41,674 bases of DNA from Nitrospirota bacterium (GTDB lineage: Bacteria > Nitrospirota > Nitrospiria > Nitrospirales > Nitrospiraceae), in NCBI GenBank assembly GCA_963703955.1, contig CAVPGK010000004.1, positions 1-41,674 on the forward strand. Direction: 5' to 3'. The notes under the pieces were generated by a model. The model did not search any database. It saw only the letters and a program-made list of their open reading frames with translations, and was not told the origin of the DNA. Positions 33,898 through 41,674 of the stretch are shown here, piece by piece (within the stretch, counting starts at the first letter, position 1; the number at the start of each line of letters is the position of its first letter). The translations under genes and the position numbers were made by a program.

Positions 33898-35252
33898 AGC
33901 CGATCGCGGACGTTCTGGTCGTCGAAGACGAGTTGAACATCAGGACTGCACTGGTGACCATGCTGGAAAAGTTGGGACATCAGGTCCGTGGGGCTGGCAC
34001 GGGGGAAGAGGCGCTTGCGCTTCTGGGGGAGCGCCGGGCGGACTTAGTGATCACCGATCTCAAGATGCCAGGGATTGGCGGGATGGAGTTGCTGCGCCGC
34101 CTGAAGAACACCTGGCCGGCGACGGAGGTCGTGGTGATGACGGCCTACGGCTCCATCGACACGGCCGTTGAGGCGATGCGCTTGGGCGCCTACGACTACC
34201 TGACCAAACCCATCGATCGAGAACGCTTTCCGGTCGCAGTCAAGAAGGCATTGGAACGGCATTTTCTCGTGACGGAAAATAAAGAACTCCGCGACCGTCT
34301 CGAGACGCGGACTCGCTTCGAGCGGATGGTCGGCGAGAGCGAGCCCATGCAGCGTATCTACACCCTCGTGGAGATGGTGGCCGGCAGCGATGTCACCGTG
34401 CTCCTGACCGGAGAAAGCGGAACCGGCAAGGAACTCGTGGCGCGAGCGATTCACCACAAAAGCCCTCGTACCTCCGGTCCCTTTATCACGTTGAACTGTG
34501 GGGCGTTGCCTGAAAACCTGTTCGAAAGTGAATTGTTCGGTTATGAAAAAGGCGCCTTCACAGGCGCGATGAACACGAAATCAGGGCGTTTTGAACTCGC
34601 CGACGGCGGGACGCTCTTGCTAGATGAAGTGGGGGAACTCTCACTGAAGTCGCAGGTCGATTTCTTGCGCGTGCTGGAGACGAAAGAGTTTAGACGGTTG
34701 GGCGGTACCAAGGTCATCAAGGTGGACACACGCATCATTGCCGCAACCAACCGGAATCTTGAGGAAGCGGTCAAGGCAGGGGACTTTCGGGAAGATCTTT
34801 ACTACCGGTTGAATGTGGTTCCCCTTAAATTGCCGCCTCTGCGCGAGCGATCAGATGACATTCCGCTTCTGGTGGAAAGGTTTCTGCACGAGTTCAGCGC
34901 TCAGCACGAGCGCGAACCGAAGGAATTTTCCCGGGAAGCCATGTGGCTGCTGCGACTCTATGCCTGGCCTGGGAATATTCGCCAGCTCCGGAACGTCATC
35001 GAACGATTGGTCGTGACCATGCCTGAAAAAACAATTCAGCCACAGCATCTGCCAGAGGAGATCCAAGCCAGTAAAGAAGATGTGCGCACCATGCTGGTCA
35101 CCTTAGGCACCTCGCTTGGGGAGATCGAGCGGGAAGTCATCCGCCGAACCCTTGCGGAAGTCACCAACCATCGTGAGAAGGCCGCTAAGCTCTTGGGGAT
35201 CAGCCTCAGGACCCTTCAATATAAGATTAAAGAATACGGAATCCGAGACTGA
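33894..35252 (+). CDS. AtoC/ZraR/NtrC-type sigma-54-dependent response regulator
   Basis: Receiver, GESGTGKE, GAFTGA, WPGNIRQL, HTH ISLRTLQYK; ATGA overlap with the kinase. Confidence 0.95.
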   Translation: MKPIADVLVVEDELNIRTALVTMLEKLGHQVRGAGTGEEALALLGERRADLVITDLKMPGIGGMELLRRLKNTWPATEVVVMTAYGSIDTAVEAMRLGAYDYLTKPIDRERFPVAVKKALERHFLVTENKELRDRLETRTRFERMVGESEPMQRIYTLVEMVAGSDVTVLLTGESGTGKELVARAIHHKSPRTSGPFITLNCGALPENLFESELFGYEKGAFTGAMNTKSGRFELADGGTLLLDEVGELSLKSQVDFLRVLETKEFRRLGGTKVIKVDTRIIAATNRNLEEAVKAGDFREDLYYRLNVVPLKLPPLRERSDDIPLLVERFLHEFSAQHEREPKEFSREAMWLLRLYAWPGNIRQLRNVIERLVVTMPEKTIQPQHLPEEIQASKEDVRTMLVTLGTSLGEIEREVIRRTLAEVTNHREKAAKLLGISLRTLQYKIKEYGIRD

Positions 35253-35885
35253 GCACCATCAGAAATAGACCCTTTCTTCTCATTCCGTCCTTTTGTTTCG
35301 AACTCCCGGCAGCATCGTGATCACAAATCTTGCGCGCTTCACTTTCCCCTGCTCTTTCACGTAACCGCACCAGTCTCCACAGGAATTCCCACACAACCAC
35401 GATAGAGAAAACGAGAAGGTCTGCAAATCTTGCAGTGCAGGCCTCAGATCGTTCTCAGAATTTACCTCGCATGTGTCCCAAATCCGCTGAATTACCAGAA
35501 ACTACACCCACAGGCAGCGCACAATCTCGATCGTTAGCTACGGTATTGTCTATCACAGAACGAATTCCACAACCAGAGCGATGATCGTGAAACGCGGTGG
35601 CAGCGGTGAATTTCTGGATCCACACACCAGCATATATTGGCGTCGTTGAGGCTGCGGTGGCTGCGCCCAGCCACCCGCTCACCAACTCAAAGCTGCCCAA
35701 AAAGGCAACAGTGGCAGCACGGAATCCACTCTAGCGAAGGACGAGCTTGCGAAACAGGAAAAGACCCTGTCGATTTTTCGGTCCTACACTGACGCGGGCT
35801 CAATTCTTGAAGCTATGTAGTAATGGACCGAGCATGGATGGGTGCGCACAAGATTTGCACGGGTATCTGTGACGCGGAGGGAAAC

Positions 35886-36068
35886 ATGAGGGAAGGAGAA
35901 ACTGAAAGCAAGGTGGGATTATTAGAAATTGTCTGTGCTCTCGCAGTGCTAGCGACAGTAGTGGCAAGCGTGGTGTGGGGGCTGAATCTGCTTGTCACCG
36001 CGGTCATGCTGATTGCTGCCTATGCGCTGCTTCGTGATGTACGTGTCTCATGGCGCGTGAAGAAGTAG
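35886..36068 (+). CDS. 60-aa two-TM membrane protein
   Basis: MREGETESKVGLLEIVCALAVLATVVASVVWGLNLLVTAVMLIAAYALL...; RBS GGAGG. Confidence 0.55.
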   Translation: MREGETESKVGLLEIVCALAVLATVVASVVWGLNLLVTAVMLIAAYALLRDVRVSWRVKK

Positions 36069-36548
36069 GTCAGAGAGGATGGTTCTCCAGCGAGTAGGGC
36101 TGAGGGTCGGAGTGGATCGAGGATGCATTTTCTGCATGGTCAGCGAACCCCTTAGTTCACCAAGACGATCAAGCCGCCCGTGTCTTCTAGCACTCGGTAG
36201 TTCTTCACTTGGTGAAGGCCTAGCCCCACGACTCTTAATGGCATCAACTTTGCTGCCGCTATGCCACCCACGCAGGAATTCGGTGTCAAGAAGAGGGACT
36301 ACGTCATCGATGTCTTCCGAAATGATTCCCCCGGGAAACCGCATCGTCCTCAAGAAAATACACTCGGTCGGCAGATACCTGCCGCCGAGCAACGCCATCC
36401 TGAATTGGAATGACGACAACCTGCTGATCAGTCCGCAAGGAGTTGGGGGTTACGATGCCCAAGGATACAAGACGCTTCGCCTGAAGTGGGTCATCCCGCT
36501 CGAGGGACGGGCGTTGGGCCGCACGTCGGCACACCGTGAGGGCGCGGC

Positions 36549-36863
36549 ATGCAGTCTCGACCATCCGAGACTCCTGGAGTGAGGGCTGTGCGGAATACAG
36601 AGTCACAGAAGCCAACGAAGTTGGTGACACATGATAACTGGAGGGGGCGCGCCCGCTATTTACATGATGCACTCAATGCCTGCCCGGCTGACATCGTGGC
36701 TCGACGCGAGCTGGCGGCACTTCTGGAGGAACTAGGGGAACTCGAGGGTGCGTTCTTTCATTGGAAGGTGATCCTGGATTACGACCCCAACAATCTGAAC
36801 GCCTGGGAGGGAGTCGCGCGGTGCCGAGAGAGGTCGGTTGACACGCTCCGTTCCAAGCTGTGA
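36549..36863 (+). CDS. Small TPR protein
   Basis: ARRELAALLEELGELEGAFFHWKVILDYDPNNLNAWEGVARC matches a TPR pattern. Confidence 0.7.
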   Translation: MQSRPSETPGVRAVRNTESQKPTKLVTHDNWRGRARYLHDALNACPADIVARRELAALLEELGELEGAFFHWKVILDYDPNNLNAWEGVARCRERSVDTLRSKL

Positions 36864-37142
36864 TCGCCGAAGAGAACTTGTGGTGCCAGGTGGCCATGCA
36901 TGGTGAGGATCTATATCAGTTGCGGCGCAGACGCTCCTCGCTCGGGGCCAGAGCGCACTACCCTGGCTGATGTCCCAGGTAGGTGAGTTTGTTGAGCTGA
37001 CATTATCAGAGAAACCTGGGGGGTGGAAGCTGGGTCGATCTACGTCCGATCCGACCAGGGAGCGCTACGCTTCAATTATCTTATCTCATTCCTTTCGGTT
37101 CTTACCAGTCGTCCGATGCTAAGGACGAAGGACGATGTGGCC

Positions 37143-37883
37143 ATGGAAAAGACATATGATCGCTCAATTAAGTTGCTCATCATCAGTGACAACATGCTTC
37201 GTGTCGGTATTCGAATGATCCTCGATACTGACCCGAGCATCTCCGTTGTGGGTGAGGCGAGTTCCTCCGTCAGCTCTGTCGAAATCGCCGCCCGTCGGGA
37301 ACCGGACATTTCCCTGATCGATCTCGATCTTTTTGGCGTTCATATCGTAAGTCTCATGCGCGACCTGAGAAAGGTCACTGATCGCGTGCTCCCACTTATT
37401 CTCGGCAGCTTGGGAAATGAAGACTTGATCAGCAAGGCGCTCACTTCAGGGGCGGCGGGGGTGGTCTTGAAGATTCAGCCTCCGGCGGTTCTCATCGCTG
37501 CCATTCAAAGTCTTTGCGAAGGCGAGTCTCACGTTGACCGCCACAAGATGCAACCAGCTTCGGCGTTGTTCAATAATTCTCCCAATTCTCACGCGCCAAA
37601 GAAAGTCGATCTCGACCCTATTCACCAACGAAACCCACTCGACCCGGAAAGTGAGAAAATCCACACACTGACCACCAGGGAGCGAGAGATTATCCATCTC
37701 ATAGCCAAGGGGCTCGCGAACAAAGACATCGCCGATCGACTTTGCATCAGTGATGTCACGGTACGCCATCACCTGACCAACATCTTCGACAAGCTGGAAG
37801 TCTCGAACAGACAGAAATTACTCATCCTCGCCCATCACTACGGGCTCGCTGATCTCACTCTGACCTCTGAGGCCGTTAAGTGA
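37143..37883 (+). CDS. NarL/LuxR-family response regulator
   Basis: Receiver-like N-terminus (PDISLIDLDL); LTTREREIIHLIAKGLANKDIADRLCISDVTVRHHLTNIFDKL LuxR HTH. Confidence 0.92.
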   Translation: MEKTYDRSIKLLIISDNMLRVGIRMILDTDPSISVVGEASSSVSSVEIAARREPDISLIDLDLFGVHIVSLMRDLRKVTDRVLPLILGSLGNEDLISKALTSGAAGVVLKIQPPAVLIAAIQSLCEGESHVDRHKMQPASALFNNSPNSHAPKKVDLDPIHQRNPLDPESEKIHTLTTREREIIHLIAKGLANKDIADRLCISDVTVRHHLTNIFDKLEVSNRQKLLILAHHYGLADLTLTSEAVK

Positions 37884-38142
37884 GAGTTTTGAGGTGAGCC
37901 CCGGCCATGGCGGTCAACACAGGCATCCCAGCTGATCGTCGTGAGCCTTTGTGGGTCTGCGCGGCTGGCACACTCAGGCCTCAGAGGAGGGCCAGGACCG
38001 CGACGGTCGATGCGTCTAAGTGTAGCCGGGTGGTTAGGATGAGCATCGCGCTACCGAGTGTCGCTAAGGTTGAGAATCATCTCCTGCGGCTGAGGTAATC
38101 AGGCACTCATCCTGTCAACGAGGGTAAAAGGAGGTTGGGCAC

Positions 38143-38220
38143 ATGGCGCCAAAACGCAAGGGAACGAGCAAGAAAGCCAAGAAAAGCGGGTCGGTAAGGA
38201 AAAAGAGAAAAAAGAGGTAG
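38143..38220 (+). CDS. 25-aa Lys/Arg-rich peptide
   Basis: MAPKRKGTSKKAKKSGSVRKKRKKR; strong RBS AAGGAGGT; ends 49 bp before hyfB. Confidence 0.55.
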   Translation: MAPKRKGTSKKAKKSGSVRKKRKKR

Positions 38221-38269
38221 TGAGTCAGGATTCAGACACCTTAGCGATGATCTTGACGGGAATTCCTGA

Positions 38270-40298
38270 ATGACCCTCCTGCTGGTCGCCCTACTGGCGT
38301 GCTATACGGCAGGAGTCATCCTTCCACCCTGCCTGGCTGGAAAACCCAAACTTCAGAATTTCGTTGCTCACGGACTCGCCGGCGTAGCGTGTGTGGTAGG
38401 GATTGCGCTTGGCCTCGCCGGTCTGCTCATGTCCAGCCCGATCACCGTCTCGGTGCCTTCCAGTCTTCCGTTTCTTGCCTTTGCCATTCGCATTGATGCG
38501 CTCGCGGCCTTCTTCGTGCTCATGATCTCACTGGCCGGTCTGGCTGCCTCGGTCTATGCCCTCGGCTATGTGACCAAATGCTATGGGCGGGTCTCGATTG
38601 GGGCGCTTGGGTCGTTGTTCAACGGGTTTCTCCTCTCCATGACATTGGTGGTGATCGCCGACAACGGGTTCTTCTTCCTGATTGTCTGGGAATTGATGTC
38701 GCTGGTCTCCTATTTCCTCGTCGTCACCGAACACGAGAAGGCCGAGGTCCGTTACGCGGGATTCTTCTATCTGATCATGACCCATGTCGGAACCGCGTTC
38801 ATCATCCTGACCTTTCTGATCTTTTTGCAAGAGGCCGGGTCGTTCTCCTTCTCGGCCTTCCGACATCTGGAGCAGCCCTTGCCTGAAGGCCTCCGGACGC
38901 TGGCGTTTTTCGCAGCACTGATCGGCTTTGGGACAAAGGCCGGCATCGTGCCGCTGCACGTCTGGCTTCCCTACGCGCACCCGGCGGCTCCGTCGCATGT
39001 CTCAGCCCTGATGTCTGGGGTGATGATCAAGACGGCGATCTATGGATTGGTTCGGGTGTATTTCGATTTTCTGGGTGGTCAGTTTCCGTGGTGGTGGGGA
39101 TTCGTGATTCTGGTTGTCGGCGCCGTATCAGCCTTGCTGGGCGTGATGTATGCGCTAATGGAGCATGATCTGAAAAGCCTGCTGGCCTTCCACAGTGTGG
39201 AGAATATCGGAATCATTCTGTTGGGCATCGGCGCCGGGATGATTTTTCAATCATATGGCCTGAAAGAGTTTGCCGCGCTGGGCGTCCTGGCTGGACTCTA
39301 CCACACGATCAACCACGGAATGTTCAAGGCCCTGCTGTTCCTGGGGGCCGGGTCTCTGCTGTACGCCACCCACACCCGGAATATGGAAGAGTACGGAGGC
39401 CTGCTGCGGCGCATGCCCTGGACTGGCGCCTGCTTTCTGATCGGAGCCGTCTCGATTGCCGCTCTGCCGCCCACCAACGGATTCGTCAGCGAGTGGCTCG
39501 TTTTTCAAAGCCTCTTTCTGAGTTTTCACTTGCCCGTCGTGCTGCTGAAGTTGATGTTGCCGCTGGCGGCGGCCATGCTCGCGCTCACAAGCGTGCTCGC
39601 GTTGGCCTGTTTCGCCAAAGCGTTTGGGATTTCGTTTTTGGCCCTTCCTCGAAGCTCGCACGCACGCCTTGCTGAAGAGGTCCCGTTTTCGATGCGCATC
39701 GCAATGGCGTCACTGGCAGTCGTCTGCGCCCTCCTTGGCCTGGCGCCGATGGTGGTCGTCCCGCTCCTGGATCGGATCACCGGACCGTTGACGGGAGCCT
39801 TGATTGCCGAAAAAGTGCTGGCGCTGGATGGTTGGGCGCTCGCGCCGGTGAATGTCGAGTTCTCAAGCCTCTCGACACCGGCGCTGGCTCTGCTGCTGAT
39901 CACGTTGTCGCTCCTCGGGCTCTTGCTGGTCGTCACCGCTCGGCGGTCTTTGGAGAACACGCTATTACAAGACGTGGGGCTGCGGCATCAATCTCACGCC
40001 TCGCATGGAATACACGGCGACGGGTTTTGTGCAGCCAATCAAGCGAGTCTTCAGCATGATCTACCAGCCGACGGTCAAGCTGGAAACGGAGTTCCTGGAA
40101 GAGTCGAGGTACTTTGCCAAGCGCAGGCGGTTTGAGTTCCACATCGAACCGCTCTTTCAGAAGTATCTCTACGATTCGGTGGTGACGTTCTTCGCAACTG
40201 TGGCTGATCGCCTGAGGATCATCCAGGCCGGGAGCCTGCATCTCTATCTGGTTTACATCTTTGTCACGCTAGTCGTGCTGTTGTTGATTGCGGTGTAG
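38270..40298 (+). CDS. hyfB: Hydrogenase-4 component B / antiporter-like membrane subunit, split by one frameshift near 39936
   Basis: WELMS, PLHVWLPYAHPAAPSHVSALMSGVMIK, HSVENIG, HTINH, PPTNGFVSEW; conserved TWGCG...RMEYTATGF...IQAGSLHLYL tail continues in a shifted frame to 40298. Confidence 0.88.
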
Positions 40299-40300
40299 CC

Positions 40301-41269
40301 GTGAACCCAGTTGATCCCATGCTGAGAGCGCTCATCCTAGTGGTCGCACAGACACTTGTCTTGCTGGTCGTGTCGCCGTTCATTGTGGGGCTGATCCGCA
40401 AGGTCAAAGCTCGTCTGCAGTGCCGCCGCGGCGCGAGTGTCTTCCAGCCCTATGCCGACCTCGCTAAGCTGTTCCGGAAACAGCCGGTCGTCTCGACCAC
40501 GACGTCCTGGATCTTCACGGCCACGCCCTACATCCTTTTTGCCTCGACCTTGGCAGCCGGCCTGCTGGTCCCGGTCTTCGTATCTCAGACACCGCTCACC
40601 TTCGCCGGTAACATCATTGCCTTGGTCTATCTGTTCGCGCTGGGTACCTTCTTCCTGATTCTGGCCGGGCTCGACGCCGGATCAGCCTTCGGCGGAATGG
40701 GGAGCAGCCGAGAAGCGATCGTCGCCTCGCTGACCGAACCGGCGATGATCCTTTCCATCTTCGCCATCGCACTCACGGCGGGATCCACGAATCTCAGCAC
40801 GATCGTGCACAAGACTGCGCTTATGCAAGGCGTCGTCACCGACCCGTCACCTCATCTCATGGCCTTGGCGGCGCTCTTCATCGTAGCCATTGCCGAGACC
40901 GGGCGCGTGCCGGTGGATAATCCGGCGACCCACCTGGAACTCACGATGATTCACGAAGCGATGATCCTGGAATATTCCGGCCGCTACCTGGCGCTGGTGG
41001 AGTGGGCCGCAGGGATCAAACTGCTCGTCTTTCTGACGTTGATCGCCAATGTCTTTGCGCCCTGGGGCATTGCGACCAGTCCGACCCCCGCTGCGATTAG
41101 TGTGGGTTTGGCACTGTATGTCGTGAAGGTGTCCGGCCTGGCCGTGGTGGTCGGGGTTATCGAATGCATGTTTGCGAAGTTAAGGCTGTTCCGCGTCACC
41201 GATTTGTTGGGTGTCGCGTTCATCCTGTCGCTGCTGGCGCTGGTGTTTTTCTATACCCTGCGAGGCTGA
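40301..41269 (+). CDS. hyfC: Hydrogenase-4 component C (NuoH/HycD-like)
   Basis: ARLQCRRG, QPYADLAKLF, GGMGSSRE, ETGRVPVDNP, ELTMIHEAMILEYSG. Confidence 0.92.
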   Translation: MNPVDPMLRALILVVAQTLVLLVVSPFIVGLIRKVKARLQCRRGASVFQPYADLAKLFRKQPVVSTTTSWIFTATPYILFASTLAAGLLVPVFVSQTPLTFAGNIIALVYLFALGTFFLILAGLDAGSAFGGMGSSREAIVASLTEPAMILSIFAIALTAGSTNLSTIVHKTALMQGVVTDPSPHLMALAALFIVAIAETGRVPVDNPATHLELTMIHEAMILEYSGRYLALVEWAAGIKLLVFLTLIANVFAPWGIATSPTPAAISVGLALYVVKVSGLAVVVGVIECMFAKLRLFRVTDLLGVAFILSLLALVFFYTLRG

Positions 41270-41270
41270 G

Positions 41271-41674
41271 ATGCCCCAGATTCCTCCTCAGATCGCGTCC
41301 CAGGTCGTGGACTTGTGTTCCGTTTTGCTGCTACTGACCTGCTTCGCCATTGTGGCGCAGCGGCGGCTGTCCGCATGCGTGGACTTGTTTGCGTTGCAGT
41401 CGGTCTTCCTCGCCAACACGGCGACCTTGGTGGCCTTCTTCACCGGTATCCACCACATCTACGTGGCGGCGGCCTTGACTGTGGTGATCAAGGCCATCGT
41501 GCTCCCTCGCATTCTCAAGAAAGTCATCGAGCGGCTCAACGTAACGCGGGAACTGGTGATGAATGTCAATATTCCCGCGGGGCTGCTGATCTGTGGGGCG
41601 TTGGTGATTCTGGCGTTTGTAATCACCCAGCCCATCATTCCGCTGGGCTTCTTGTTGACACGCGACTCGCTGGC
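41271..41674 (+). CDS. hyfE: Hydrogenase-4 component E, partial (runs off the window)
   Basis: Manual translation MPQIPPQIASQVVDLCSVLLLLTCFAIVAQRRL...FALQS...VIKAIVLPRIL; hydrophobic; directly follows hyfC. Confidence 0.8.
   Translation, partial: MPQIPPQIASQVVDLCSVLLLLTCFAIVAQRRLSACVDLFALQSVFLANTATLVAFFTGIHHIYVAAALTVVIKAIVLPRILKKVIERLNVTRELVMNVNIPAGLLICGALVILAFVITQPIIPLGFLLTRDSL

Noticed and set aside
36079..36582. 167-aa ORF
   Set aside because: N-terminal half looks non-coding; a shorter gene from ~36310 is possible but has no supporting motif
1..41674. CRISPR array, integrase, c-di-GMP riboswitch or rRNA
   Set aside because: No regularly spaced repeat-spacer array, no tyrosine or serine recombinase ORF, and no GEMM- or rRNA-like sequence recognised by eye; a covariance-model search was not possible

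Overview
GC-rich bacterial chromosomal window. The gene set (giant multicopper oxidase, stand-alone PilZ proteins, nirC-nirA, hyfB/C/E-type membrane genes, many sigma-54 regulators) resembles Nitrospirota/Nitrospira; this is an inference from gene content only. Left to right: (1) 1-3450, stacked integrative-element ends: a tRNA-Lys(CTT) 3' fragment, a tRNA-His 3' fragment, 11-bp-period arm-like repeats, a shared ~52-bp hairpin motif, two Zn-finger microprotein genes missed by the ORF track, a crp/fnr remnant and an intact IS256 with an 8-bp TSD. (2) 3.7-17.6 kb, a minus-strand periplasmic copper-redox cluster: a 1639-aa MnxG-type multicopper oxidase, a protein with an amicyanin-like H...CxxHxxM site, a Cys-less FGE/NirV-like protein and a Cys-rich protein. 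It lies downstream of an apparent two-tier sigma-54 cascade with visible -24/-12 promoters and enhancer palindromes. (3) A frameshifted IS630 and decayed cargo, an SDR, a porin and two further tRNA-His att scars (21.6 and 23.9 kb). (4) Sigma-54-driven nirC-nirA, a dead vapBC, and four stand-alone PilZ genes. (5) TPR and Zn-ribbon small genes, an HK/AtoC-like pair, a NarL-type regulator, a 25-aa ultra-basic peptide, and the start of a hyfB-hyfC-hyfE operon. No CRISPR array, intact tRNA, rRNA or integrase is visible. The best candidate for an under-described system is the oxidase / blue-copper / NirV-like cluster with its regulatory cascade.
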